From Octopus sinensis (Eukaryota): 64,000 nucleotides of DNA. Positions 1 to 12,178 of the stretch are shown here, one piece after another. Made by a program: the position numbers and the translations under genes. The stretch spans positions 7,068,001 through 7,132,000 of the forward strand of contig NC_043014.1 in NCBI RefSeq assembly GCF_006345805.1. Reading direction: 5' to 3'. Under the pieces are notes generated by a model. The model was not told the DNA's origin. It did not search any database and saw only the letters and a program-made list of their open reading frames with translations. Numbering within the stretch: position 1 is the first letter of the stretch; every line of letters begins with the position of its first letter.

Positions 1-78
1 CATACACACACACACACACACACACACAACACACACACACACACACACACACACTCTCTCTCTCTCTCTCTCTCTCAC
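1..78. repeat. (CA)n-(CT)n compound microsatellite
   Basis: Direct reading of sequence. Confidence 0.95.
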
Positions 79-194
79 AGGCAAACACTTAATAGCTAAT
101 TAATAGCCGCTAAGTTAATTAGTTTGGGTCTCGTGACACGTTTGTTTACATTTTAACCAGCTGCTTTCCTTTCCGCTTGTATCACCAATATTCC

Positions 195-350
195 TTGGAG
201 GACTTAGCCATTGGCGGGGAAGGCGCGTGGCTGGGTTGCCAGGGTATTCGGGTCCGCGATCGCAAGGTCGTGGGTTCGATTGTTGGGGGCGTATTGTGAC
301 CTAGTTCAAAACACTTTATTTCACGTTGTTCCAGTCCGCCCAGCAGGGCG
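195..350 (+). mobile_element. Degenerate tRNA-derived SINE 5' part (family D, CORE-like)
   Basis: tRNA-like head with B-box-like GGTTCGATT, followed by TTGTGACC..AAAACACTTTATTTCACGTTGTTCCAGT; similar to the minus-strand copy at ~44900-45150. Confidence 0.45.
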
Positions 351-369
351 AAAATGAGGTCCTACTTAA

Positions 370-610
370 GAAGAGTGGTTCCGGTGCGCGCACTCGCGTA
401 GTCGCGCATCCGCGCTAGCTAGTCGTGACTGGTCGATCCTTACTTTGTGTTTTATTTATTTTGCTTAAAAAAATTATTTACTTTGTGTAAAAAATTTATA
501 TATTTTGTGTTTTATTTACTTTGCTAAGGTAGTCGTTGTAGGATCGACTAGTCATCACTAGCTAGTGCGGATGCGCGACTACGCGAGTGCACGCACCGGG
601 ACCGCTCTTT
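370..610. mobile_element. MITE with ~70-bp TIRs flanked by TTAA (Kolobok-like)
   Basis: GAAGAGTGGTTCCGGTGCGCGCACTCGCGTAGTCGCGCATCC...GATCCT at left is the near-exact reverse complement of the right arm ending CCGCTCTTT. TTAA at 366-369 and 611-614; AT-rich spacer. Purine-purine termini with TTAA TSD fit Kolobok (inference). Confidence 0.65.
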
Positions 611-637
611 TTAAGTAGTACCCCAAAACGAATTGTA

Positions 638-872
638 CCTATTTCTTTACTACCCACAAGGGGCTAAACACAGAGAGGACAAACAAGGACAGACAAAGGG
701 ATTAAGTCGATTATATCGACCCCAGTGTGTAACTGGTACTTAGTTTATCGACCCCGAAAGGATGAAAGGCAAAGTCGACCTCGGCGAAATTTGAACTCAG
801 AACGTAGCGGCGGACGAAATACCGCTAAGCATTTCGCTCGGTGTGCTAACGGTTCTGCCAGCTCGACGCCTT
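638..872 (-). mobile_element. tRNA-derived SINE, family A
   Basis: Reverse complement of AAGGCGGCGAGCTGGCAGAA...GAGTTCAAATTCCGCCGAGGTCGACTTTGCCTTTCATCC...GTAAAGAAATAG, seen >15 times in the window. Confidence 0.9.
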
Positions 873-1036
873 AATTCCTATTACACGTGACATTCTGTAT
901 CTCACTGAATCACTCTGAGAACTACGTTAAGGCTATGCGTGTCTGTGGTGTACTCAGCCACTTGCACGATAATTTCACGAGCAGGCTGTTCCGTTGGTCA
1001 GAACAGCTAGAACACTTACATATATCTAACTGGAAA

Positions 1037-1453
1037 AGGCGGCGAGAGCTGGCAGAATGGTTAGCATGCCGGGCGAAATGCTTAGTGGTATTTCGTCTGC
1101 CGTTACATTCTGAGTTCAAATTCTGCCGAGGTCGACTTTGCCTGTCATCCTTTCGGGGTCGATTAAACAAGTACCAGTTACGCACTGGGGTCGATATAAT
1201 CGACTTAATCCGTTTGTCTGTCCTTGTTTGTCCCCTCTGTGTTTAGCCCCTTGTGGGCAGTAAGGAAATAGGTATTTCGTCTGTCTTTATGTTCTGAGTT
1301 CAAATTCCGCCATGGTCGACTTTGCCTTTCATCCTTTCGGGGTCGATAAATTAAGTACCAGTTACGCACTGAGGTCGATGTAATCGACTTAATCCTTTTG
1401 TCTGTCCTTGTTTGTCCCCTCTATGTTTACCCCCTTGTGGGTAATAAAGAAAT
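1037..1453 (+). mobile_element. SINE family A, full copy plus headless tandem copy
   Basis: Full unit, then junction GAAATAG|GTATTTCGTCTG near 1270, then second unit. Confidence 0.9.
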
Positions 1454-2400
1454 ATATATCTAATTGGAATACTCATTGTCGTAACCGACTGAGTTCCGGC
1501 CATTATCAATTGGAATACAACTGACCGTGGCCCCTTTTCGATCTTTTATTCAAACTCGTAGCTTCAAAGACCCTTACGAGACTTTTTTGCTGCAGGACTA
1601 GGTCAGGGAGACCTTAGTGTTTTTTTCTTTTTTAATTACGCAACCCGGGACAGGACAGGATCTGAATACATAATCAACACACACGCGAACTTGCGCGAGC
1701 ACACACACACACATGCGCACACGTACGCGCTCACACACACACACACACACACATACACAAGCAAACACATACACACACAAACACTCACGCACGCATGCAC
1801 GCGCGTGCGAACACTTTCGGTACACTTGTACGCTGTGAACGTGAACGAGGTGCAAATGTACCGAACATCTGTAGATGTATGCGTATACAATTAGCGGCTG
1901 CGCGTGCCAATGTATGTCTGCTTACCCCTAATTACATGCATGTGTTGTGTGTGTGTGTGTGTGGTGTGTGTGTGTGTGTGTGGTGTGTGTGTGTGTGTGT
2001 GTGTGTGTCTGTGTCTGTGTGTGTGGATATACATATTTACACACGCACACACATATGGTGTTTGTTTCCCAACTATTTGGTTCCGGGCTTAGTCCCACTG
2101 TGTTGCACCTTGAGCAAGTGGCATCCACTACAGCCTCAGACCGACCAAAGCCTTGTGAGATCACCTTCTGGTGAGCACCATGTGTCGTCTGCCAACACCA
2201 GACGACCAATCCTACGCAGACGAATTGTATTCCGTTCATCACAACGCCTGCGAAATTTCAATCCAGATCAAAAATTCAACGGAAACAAAGGCTATGTTTG
2301 AACAGAAATATAATAACGAAGTGTTAAGCTTTAACCTCTGACATTCACAAATGTCAAGCCACCTTTTAACCTTCTGACATATCTATTGCATTGTTCCATT

Positions 2401-2817
2401 AAGGCGGCGAGCTGGCAGAATCGTTAGCACGCCGGGCGAAATGCTTAGCAGTATTTCGTCTGCCCTTACGTTCTGAGTTCAAATTCCACCGAGGTCGATT
2501 TTGCCTTTCATCCTTTCGGGGTCGATAAATTAAGTACCAGTTACGCCCTGGGTCGATGTAATCGACTTAATCCGTGTTGTCTGTCCTTGTTTGTCCTCTC
2601 TGTGTTTAGCCCCTTGTGGGTAGTAAAGAAATAGGTATTTCGTCTGCCATTACGTTCTGAGTTCAAATTCCGCCGAGGTCGAGTTTGCCTTTCATCCTTT
2701 CGGGGTCGATTAAATAAGTACCAGTTACGCACTGGGGTCGATATAATCGACTTAATCCGTTTGTCTGTCCTTGTTTGTCCCCTATGTGTTTAGCCCCTTG
2801 TGGGTAGTAAAGAAATA
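2401..2817 (+). mobile_element. SINE family A dimer
   Basis: Same structure, junction GAAATAG|GTATTTC near 2635. Confidence 0.9.
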
Positions 2818-3253
2818 TATTGCATTGTTCCATTTACTTTTGGCAACTATAAAAAAAAAGAACAAAACCGATACGTATAGAAAATAGAAATTGTTTGTCA
2901 CTACCAAGCCACAATGAAATGGATGGACCCGTATTTTCAAAACGATTGTTTTGGTGGGGGGGCCTTACGTTTTTTCTTCAATACATGTCTTGTATCATAT
3001 AGTTATTTGTATTAAGTTTTGGTCATTTGTCAAGTCACACGATGTCCTTATCATATAGAGTGGTTGCTTTGTCTAGGCATTTAGTACTTCATATCTGTAT
3101 GAAGTACTTTCAACTTACTCCCGAGTTTATTGATACAGCTCACCAAGATGGAGGAACGAAGAACGAAGAACACACTTGGAAGAACAGGTATGGTGATGCG
3201 AACAGGAAAAATGGAAGTGCTGTTTTTTCTGTTTGCATTATCGTACCTACACA

Positions 3254-3284
<31 letters not shown>

Positions 3285-3789
3285 TATATACGAGCAAAAC
3301 GCCTCCCCACGTCCAATGGACGATGCTGAGATGTCAAACATTTAAACCAAATTTTCTCAAAACAACTTGTCCGAACGTCCCATAGGCCTCCCCTTGAGAA
3401 ACACTGATTTAAACTAAATTTGAAACACCAGCAAAAGAAATAGACTTTTTTCTATTGCAAAGAAAAACGATTTTATTCACACAAATATGCAGCCGAAGAG
3501 TTTAAAGTACCAGTAATGATAAGGCTGTTGACTGGGAGAACACAAACATGGTTCAAATAGTAAGCTTGGCAGGAAAGAAACGTGCCTTTAAGCAGTATAA
3601 AAACAACAAAAAATGGAAGGTGCAGTTATGTACAGGTTGACGGAAGAAAAGCAGGACAAAACGGCTTTATCGATCGCATTCTCACCTGGAATCGATTTTT
3701 GTAATTTTTTCAAGACTTGTACACGCCCTGATACCGTCGGTATCTACATATCAAATTTGAGCGGTATCTACATATCAAATTTATATATA

Positions 3790-4130
3790 TATAAAATACA
3801 AAATTGGACAAGAACGCAAAAAATCCGGACAGTTAGGTGAAACAAAACATCCAGGTAGACGATACAAAGAAAACAAGGACGGGTCATTTGAAGTTTTCTT
3901 TCCTCAGTCAAGCACTAGATTATCTTCGCAATTTCGGCTGATTATACCTGGGATTATACCAAGGAAAAACTAAGCTAAGAGCATTAGATTCCTTGGAAGA
4001 AAGCAGCGAATGTATACAAAAACAAGGACGGAAAAAAAACGGACAATGTTACACAAATACAATAAAAATAATAACAGGACATTAACAACAGGTGTCTTTC
4101 GACTAAGGACGAATTAAATGAAGCTGGCGT
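3790..4130. repeat. Dispersed repeat (second partial copy at ~9630-9765), possibly Penelope-like terminal region
   Basis: AAAACATCCAGGTAGACGATACAAAGAAAACAAGGACGGGTCATT..GAAGTTTTCTTTCCTCAGTC occurs at both loci. Family assignment is inference. Confidence 0.45.
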
Positions 4131-4181
4131 GTGTGGAAATGAAGCCTTACGGCAGGGATACAATATTTCACAAACATATAT

Positions 4182-4345
4182 ATGGTTGTGTGGTAAGTAG
4201 CTTGCTAGCCAACCACATGGTTCCGGGTTCAGTCCCACTGCGTGGCATCTTGGGCAAGTGTCTTCTGCTATAGCCCCGGGCCGACCAATGCCTTGTGAGT
4301 GGATTTGGTAGACGGAAACTGAAAGAAGTCTGTCGTATATATGTA

Positions 4346-4419
<74 letters not shown>

Positions 4420-4620
4420 TATATCAGTGTTTGTCCCCTCACTATTGCTTGACAACCGATGCTGGTGTGTTTACGTCCCCGTAACTTAGCGGTTCGGCAA
4501 AAGAGACCGATAGAATAAGTACTGGGCTTACCTTACAAAGAATAAGTCCCGGGGTCGATTTGCTCGACTAAAGTCGGTGCTCCAGCATGGCCGCAGTCAA
4601 ATGACTGAAACAAGTAAAAC
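4182..4620 (+). mobile_element. tRNA-derived SINE, family B (CORE-like box, internal microsatellite)
   Basis: GTGTGGTAAGTAGCTTG...GGTTCAGTCCC...TTGGGCAAGTGTCTT...(TA/TG)n...GGTGCTCCAGCATGGCCGCAGTCAAATGACTGAAACAAGTAAAA. Confidence 0.9.
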
Positions 4621-4631
4621 AATAAAGGAAA

Positions 4632-4672
<41 letters not shown>

Positions 4673-4761
4673 ATTCTTCCATCGAAGGTGAGGTGTGAGT
4701 TTTCAGCTTTTGTCAAATGACGTGCACAAATGATTTGTTTATGGTAATCAAATGTATATGA

Positions 4762-5150
4762 TATGGAAGCACTCCGTCGGTTACGACGATGAGGGTTCCG
4801 GTTGATCCGATCAACGGAACAGCCTGCTCGTGAAATTAACGTGTAAGTGGCTGAGCACTCCACAGACACGTGCACCCTTAACGTAGTTCTCGGGGATATT
4901 CAGCGTGACACAGAGAGTGACAAGGCCGGTCCTTTGAAACACAGGTACAACAGAAACAGGAAGTAAGAGAGAGAGAAAGTTGTGGTGAAAGAGTACAGCA
5001 GGGATCACCACCATCCCTTGCCGGAGCCTCGTGGAGCTATTTTAGGTGTTTTCGCTCAATAAACACTCACAACGCCCGGTCTGGGAATCGAAACCGCGAT
5101 CCTATGACCGCGAGTCCGCTGCCCTAACCACTGGGCCATTGCGCCTCCAC
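4762..5150 (-). mobile_element. tRNA-derived SINE, family C (tail type 1)
   Basis: Minus strand GGAGGCGCAATGGCCCAGTGGTTAGGGCAGCGGACTCGCGGTC...GTTTCGATTCCC head; tail ...CCCTCATCGTCGTAACCGACGGAGTGC. Confidence 0.85.
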
Positions 5151-5689
5151 AAATGTATATGATATACATTAGGTCACTCTCTTCGTCAAATCGACGTTCC
5201 TGGACAGGTGTACGGTGTATCACATGCCAGCACGTGAGATGAAGTGTCTGGCTCAAGACAACAACACACCACCTGGTGTTTATAGAATATTGATAAACGC
5301 ACACAAAGATGTATACGTTGAACATTGAACACACCAGGAATTGAAACCACAGCCTCGCGATCATGAGCGCAACACCTAGACCACCAGACCACAAACACAC
5401 ACGCACAAGCACGCCCCCGCCACACACACTCAAATACACACACAGCAGGTGTGGTTAAGTGATAAGAAAATTGTTTCCCAACCATATGGTTCTTGGTTCA
5501 GTCCTATTGTATGGTACCTTTGGCAAGTATCTTCTACAAATGCTGCGAGCTAACCTATGGATTTGGTCGACGGAAACTGAAAGAAGCCCGTAGTATGTAT
5601 GTCTCTTCAGTTGTTTTAATTATTATAAATCTTCCACTGAAGAGGGAGCCGGTTTCCAACAAATATACAAGACTCCATCTTTGGGATGT

Positions 5690-6158
5690 AGTTAACACAG
5701 ACAAATTCACATTTGGAACTTGACAAAAGTCTTGCATATCATTACTGTTCCACTCACAGATTGAACTCGTAATGTACGAATCAGCCAGTCGATTTCTCTT
5801 TCTGGAAATCCCAGTTTATCCAGATTCTCCTTCAAGTATTTACTAACAAACCCTAGTGCTCCAATTATTATTGGTATGAATATGAATTCATAGTCTGGAT
5901 ATAGAAGCTGGAGGTTTCGAAGCAGTGGTCCATAGATATCCTCTTTTCCTTTGATTTTCAAAGAGATTTTTATATCCGTAGGGCAGCTGACCTCTATAAT
6001 GGTACACACCTTTGCCCCCTCTGTCCCAAATAACAATATCCGGCATGTTATGTTTACATTTGACAGAAGTTTTGATGGGAATATTCCATCAGTGTTCCTT
6101 CAGTTGGTGTTTATGAATATGTTCCATAACAGAGGGATTTGCGGAAGGCCTTGTAAAT
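5690..6158 (-). pseudogene. 3' fragment of an RLE-type non-LTR retrotransposon (restriction-like endonuclease domain)
   Basis: WNIPIKTSVKCKHNMPDIVIWDR followed (frameshift) by TIIEVSCPTD...KEDIYGPL...PIIIGALG = PD-(D/E)xK RLE signature of CRE/NeSL/R4-type elements. Confidence 0.75.
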
Positions 6159-6159
6159 T

Positions 6160-6470
6160 GTATGTATGTATGTTTGTATGTATGTATGTATGTATGTATG
6201 TATGTGTGTATGTATGTATGTTTGTTTGTATGTATGTTTGTATGTATGTATGTATGTATGTATGTATTATGTATGTATTATGTATGCATGCATGCATGCA
6301 TGCCATGTATGTATGTATGTATGTATGCATGTATGTATGTATGTATGTATGTATGTATGTATGTATGTATCTATACAGGCGCGCGCGCACACATACACAC
6401 ACACACACACATACACACACTCTCTCTCTCGCACAACACACACACACACACAACACGCACACACACACAA
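6160..6470. repeat. (TATG)n/(CA)n microsatellite block
   Basis: Direct reading. Confidence 0.95.
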
Positions 6471-6634
6471 CGGTCTTCTTTCAGTTTCCGTCTACCAAAA
6501 TCCGCTCACCAGGCTTTGGTTGGTGGAAGGCTGTAGTAGAAGACACTTGCCCAAGGTACCATGCAGTAAATAAATCTGGATAACCTCCGTACACGTATAT
6601 ATTAAAACAGAGAACGGAGCAAAAACCACCCTAA

Positions 6635-7031
6635 TCTTTATATATAAAAGTGAAGTTGTGTGTCTGTCTCCTACGATTTAGATTCCTAACTACTCCCACA
6701 TTTTGCGGTGCAGTGTAACCAAAACCGGGTATCTTATAGTTGTGATTCATATCGAGCCCTTCTGGGTATTAGCGCGCGTCTACGATGAGTCTACGATTTA
6801 AAAAAAAATTTACCATAATTTTTTCCCATTTTAATGCATTTTTCGCTATTATATAAGGGAAGTAACTCTCTAAAAATGTCTACGATGAGTCAAAGATTTA
6901 GAAAAAAATTTACCATAATTTTTTCCCCATTTTTAATGCATTTTTTTGCTATTTTTTGGCTATAACTTTCTAAAAATGCTTATATAGTTATTTCCCTTAC
7001 AAACCCGAGCAACGCCGGGCGATACTGCTAG
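6635..7031 (+). mobile_element. Non-autonomous Helitron (family H1)
   Basis: A|TCTTTATATATAAAAG 5' end; 3' end CCCGAGCAACGCCGGGCGATACTGCTAG|T (hairpin + CTAG, inserted in AT). Five related copies in window. Confidence 0.85.
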
Positions 7032-7401
7032 TTCGCTATAAAACACTACAATAGAAATACTTTTCATGTTAATTCAGATATTAGACAGAATTAAAATAAA
7101 ATAGAAATGAATAAAAAACAAACAAAAAACGAACGAAATTATCTGACAGGCAGATAAAAAAACTAAGGTTTATTGTCTAAGGGAAACAACTCTACGTAAA
7201 AATCAATTTATTTGTCTGAGGGAAATAACTTGATAATGGAGATATGAAGTGTTTGATAACGTTGCCACGATTGACCGGATTCTGGCAGAACCAGTTGATT
7301 GTGATCGCTGCGTTACAAAATTTTGCAAAAGTTTAGTTTATCCTAATTTTCGTGCTGATTCCGAAAATGATCTTATTTTTTCATCGACCGTTGCTGAGAT
7401 A

Positions 7402-7626
7402 TTGAGTTGTCCGGAAAGTTCGTGCTGATTTTTAACGGAAAGAAAAAGGTCAATAAATACTTGCCACTACATTTTTAATCAACCAAATATGAACCATTTT
7501 GTTGCACAATGCGTCTCCATCTTTCCTTTAACTTGAAAATACCCTCTTCCCAGAATTGAGGTCCCCGGGAAGGTAAGTCGAAAGGTAAGCTACTATAAAT
7601 CGGCACGAACTTTCCGAACAACCCAA
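7402..7626. mobile_element. Mariner-type MITE with TA flanks
   Basis: TA|TTGAGTTGTCCGGAAAGTTCGTGCTGATTT ... AAATCGGCACGAACTTTCCGAACAACCCAA|TA. Internal minus-strand PQFWEEGIFKLKERWRRIVQQNGSY resembles a mariner transposase C-terminus. Confidence 0.75.
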
Positions 7627-7929
7627 TATATTAAATTACGTTTAGGGGAAGGGCCATCTGCTCATTTGTACCCAAGATTTTTAAAGGAAAGAAAAAGGTC
7701 AATACATAATTGCCTTTACATTTTTAATCAACCAAATATGAACCTTTTTGTTGCACAATGCGTCTCCGTCTTTCCTTTAACTTGAAAATACCCTCTTCCC
7801 AGAATTGAGGTCCCTGGAAGGGTAAGTCGAAAGGTAAGCTACTATAAATCGGCACGAACTTTCCGGACAACCCAATATATTAAACTACGTTTAGGGGAAG
7901 GGCCATCTGCTCATTTGTACCCAAGATTT
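7435..7929 (+). repeat. ~245-bp tandem duplication covering right part of the MITE and its flank
   Basis: GGAAAGAAAAAGGTCAATA...GCTCATTTGTACCCAAGATTT present twice consecutively. Confidence 0.9.
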
Positions 7930-8144
7930 GGGTTAGTTAGGGAAAATCGTGTTTTTGATTTAACGTAAATCTTTAATAAATGTCCAGTGGTAAGCGATTC
8001 CATTTTTAATGGTTCTCTACAGGTATGCTAATTTCATTTCAGTCTGATAAAATCGACGGACTCCCTTTTTTCGTAGTAATATACATTTTTCTCTTTCAGC
8101 TCTGTATTGTGAACATTACTCTAAATTTTCTTGACGGGCGCGGG

Positions 8145-8327
8145 CGTGGCTGTTTGTTAAGAAACTTGCTTCACAACCACATGGTTCCAGGTTCAGTCCC
8201 ACTGCGTGACACCTTTGGCAAGTGTCTTCTACAATAGCCTCAGGCCGACCAAATCCTTGTGAGTGGACTTAGTAGATGGAAACTGAAAGAAGCCCGACGT
8301 ATATATATTATATATATATATATATAT

Positions 8328-8358
<31 letters not shown>

Positions 8359-8367
8359 ATATGTATA

Positions 8368-8419
<52 letters not shown>

Positions 8420-8680
8420 TATATATATATATAGTAATATATTATGTATATATATATATTATGTTTATGTCTTTGTGTCTGTTTGTGCCCGCCATCGCTT
8501 GACAACCGATGTTGGTGCGTTTACGTCCCTGCAACTTAGTGGTTCGGTAAAAGAGACCGATTGAACGAGTACTAGGCTTACAACGAATAAGTCCTGGGGC
8601 GGTCAATTTTTTTTCGACTAAAACCCTTTAAGGCCGTGCTCCGGCATGACCGTATTCAAAATGCATTGAAACAATAAAAA
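8145..8680 (+). mobile_element. SINE family B (diverged)
   Basis: Same head, CORE-like box, (TA)n insert and tail as other B copies. Confidence 0.8.
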
Positions 8681-8715
8681 ATAGAAGAATGGTTAATTGA
8701 GGATGCAAAAATATA

Positions 8716-9227
8716 TCTATATATATAAAACTGTAGTTGTGTGAGTGTCTATCCCCTTCGATTTAGATTTCTAACTACTCCCACATTTTGCGGTGCAGTT
8801 TAACCAAATTCGGGTATCTTATAGTCGTGATTCATATCGAGCCCGTCTGGGTATTAGCGCGCGTCTACGATGAGTCTACGATTTTAAAAATAATTTAACA
8901 TCAATTTTTATTCCATTTTAATGCATAATTTTTCGTGTGTCGATGGCGGCGGAGTTGGCGTCCACGCTCACATCTGCACCTGTTTGCTTCTCCCCCTCTT
9001 CCCTCCCTCGTGAGGCTGTGGGGAAGGGAGTGTAAGGAAATCAACGTCGTAAAGCGTTGTCAAGGAGACCAGCGTTCTTTTAGAACAACGACTTCATGGC
9101 TTGAAGACACCAAAACAGAAATGGCTAAGAAAGCCCGAATTGGCATCTATAAGGGAAGTAACACTCTAAAAATGCTTATATAGTTATTTCCCTTACAAAC
9201 CTGAGCAACGCCGGGCGATACTGCTAG
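8716..9227 (+). mobile_element. Non-autonomous Helitron H1 variant with ~220-bp extra internal segment
   Basis: TC start, CTAG end; 8930-9150 is absent from the other H1 copies. Confidence 0.8.
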
Positions 9228-9622
9228 TCTTTATATATAAAAGTGAAGTTGTGTGTCTGTCTCCTACGATTTAGATTCCTAACTACTCCCACATTTTGCA
9301 GTACAGTTTAACCAAAACCGGGTATCTTATAGTCGTCATTCATATCGAGCCCTTCTGGGTATTAGCGCGCGTCTACGATGAGTCTACGATTAAAAAAAAA
9401 ATTTACCATTAATTTTTCCCATTTTTAATGCATTTTTGGCATATATAAGGAAAGTAACTCTCTGAAAATTTATTATTAAATCTCAGAACGTAAAAAGCTA
9501 CAGTAACACCCCCCCCCTTTGTGGTTAGCCATATTGAGATAGCTATTATACTTTACATCTCTAAAAATGCTTATATAGTTATTTCCCTTACAAACCCGAG
9601 CAACGCCGGGCGATACTGCTAG
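9228..9622 (+). mobile_element. Non-autonomous Helitron H1, head-to-tail with preceding copy
   Basis: Junction ...GATACTGCTAG|TCTTTATATATAAAAG; ends CTAG|T at 9622. Confidence 0.85.
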
Positions 9623-9769
9623 TATATATATAAATACAAAATGGGACAAGAATGCAAAACATCCGGACAGTCAGGTGATACAAGAAAGGGACAACAAAAC
9701 ATCCAGGTAGACGATACAAAGAAAACAAGGACGGGTCATTAGGAGTTTTCTTTCCTCAGTCGAGTTCCG

Positions 9770-9845
9770 TATGTATGTATGTATGTATGTATGTATGTAT
9801 GTATGTATGTATGTATGTATGTATGTATGTATGTGTGTGAGTATG

Positions 9846-9879
<34 letters not shown>

Positions 9880-10225
9880 TGTATGTGTGTGTATGTATGT
9901 ATGTATGTATGTATGTATGTATGTATGTATGTATGTGTGTGTGTATGTATGTATGTGTGTGTGTATGTATGTATGTATGTATGTATGTATGTATGTATGT
10001 ATGTATGTATGTAGATGTATGTATGTATGTGTGTGTGTATGTATGTATGTATGTATGTATGTATGTGTGTGTGTGTGTGTATGTATGTATGAATGTGTAT
10101 GTATATATGAGTGTGTGTATGCATGTATGTATGTATGTATGTATGCATGTATGTATGTATGTATGTATGTATGCATGTATGTATGTATGTATGTATGTAT
10201 GTATGTATGTATGTATGTATGTATG
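9770..10225. repeat. (TATG)n microsatellite
   Basis: Direct reading. Confidence 0.95.
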
Positions 10226-10243
10226 GTATAATTTCATTCAAAT

Positions 10244-10480
10244 AAGGCAGCGAGCCGGCAGAAACGTTAGCACGCCGGGCGAAATGCTTAGCAGTATTTC
10301 GTCGGCCGCTAAGTTCTGAGTTCAAATTCCACCGAGGTCCACTTTGCCTTTCATCTTTTCAGGGTCGATTAAATAAGTACCAGTTACGCACTGGGGTCGA
10401 TATAATCGACTTAATCCATTTGTCTTTCCTTTGTTTGTCCTCTCTGTGTTTTAGCCCCTTGTGGGTAGTAAAGAAATAGG
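10244..10480 (+). mobile_element. SINE family A
   Basis: Full-length match to family A consensus in window. Confidence 0.9.
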
Positions 10481-10556
10481 TACAATTTCATTCAAATGCT
10501 ATTACATCAATTCCTACACATATAGAAATTATATTTATTTATGCATATATTTATAC

Positions 10557-10958
10557 AGAGGAGTGGCTGTGTGGTAAGTAGCTTGCTTACCATCCACATG
10601 GTTCCGGGTTCAGTCCCACTGCGTGGCACCTTGGCCAAGTGTCTTCTACTATAGCCTCGGGACGACCAAAGCCTTGTGAGTGGATTTGGTAGACGGAAAC
10701 TAAAAGAAGCCCGTCATATATATGTATATATATGTGTGTGTGTATGTGTGTCTGTGTTTGTCCCCCCAACATCGATGCTGGTGTGTTTACGTCGCTGTAA
10801 CTTAGCGGTTCAGCAAAAGAGACCGATAGAATAAGTACTAGGCTTACAAAGAGTAAGTCCTGGGGGGGGGGGTCGATTTCCTCGACTAAAGGCGGTGCTC
10901 CAGCATGGCCGCTGTCAAGTGACTGAAACAAGTAAAAGAGTAAAAAGAGAGTAAAAAA
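10557..10958 (+). mobile_element. SINE family B
   Basis: Full-length, ends in (TAAAAGAG)-type tail. Confidence 0.9.
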
Positions 10959-11249
10959 GCAGCAATGACGTTCTAGATAAAGAGCGGTCTGCTCAAAATA
11001 TTATGCAACTACTGTTATTTTAAAAAGACAAAACAAAACAAAACAAAAAATTCACCGAAGACTTATCGTGTTTTTCATTGCAACTCCCGCCTAGTCCAAG
11101 AAGAGCTTGAACGGACTACTACACGGCCACTGTGGTAGATTATTTGGAGACAAACGTGTAAAGCTATGTTTTCACACCTGAGGCCATTGTTCAGAGTTTT
11201 GGGCGATTTGAATGCAACATCTGTGCCGTTCTGGGACGAAAGCATAAAT

Positions 11250-11381
11250 TACGTAGGTGGTATGTATGTGTGTGTGTGTGTGTGTGTATGTGTGTGTGTG
11301 TGTGCATGTGTGTGTGTGTGTATGTGTGGGTGTGTATGTTCGTACAATTATAATATTATATATACACATACATATATGCTA

Positions 11382-11414
<33 letters not shown>

Positions 11415-11430
11415 CATACATACATATATA

Positions 11431-11476
<46 letters not shown>

Positions 11477-11854
11477 TATATAGATATATATACATACACA
11501 TGCATATATATATACATCTATAAATATATATATATATATATATACTTGTACGTACATACACACCTATACACGCATAAACATGCACACACACACACACACA
11601 CACGTATACATACGCATATATTTGAAAATATTCAAATTGTATCTCTACATGTATCTATGCATGTATCCATGTGTGTGTACTTTGTGTTTGTGACCATGCT
11701 TGAAAATGAGCTTGCACACACACACACACACACACACACCACACGTATACATTACGCATATATTTGAAAATATTCAAATTGTATCTCTACATGTATCTAT
11801 GCATGTATCCATGTGTGTGTACTTGTGTGTGTGACCATGCTTGAAAATGAGCTT

Positions 11855-11910
<56 letters not shown>
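11250..11910. repeat. Mixed (TG)/(TA)/(CA) microsatellites with a ~140-bp tandem duplication (11601-11735 / 11741-11880)
   Basis: TTTGAAAATATTCAAATTGTATCTCTACATG...TGAAAATGAGCTTGCACAC occurs twice. Confidence 0.9.
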
Positions 11911-11913
<3 letters not shown>

Positions 11914-12178
11914 TACAGACATATACGAATAGAAGCATATCTATAGAACTAAAAGCATGCTTTCTGCATAAATTATTGTATAAATTATTGTCACCTATTA
12001 ACGGATAGTTGGAATATATTTGCCGTGTTTGGTTTAATTAAACGGTTGTTATTACCGCGACATCTTTTGCCAAGTATGACAATTGCTCGCTAGAGATGAT
12101 CAGGGCTCGTCGTCACAGTAAGAAAGGTAAGTTCTCGGCTTTCATTACCTGTACATCTTTTCATATGATATATTTATT

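Noticed and set aside
2178-2340. 53-codon ORF MCRLPTPDDQSY... in unique-looking sequence
   Set aside because: No recognisable motif, splice context or homology visible; length is within chance expectation.
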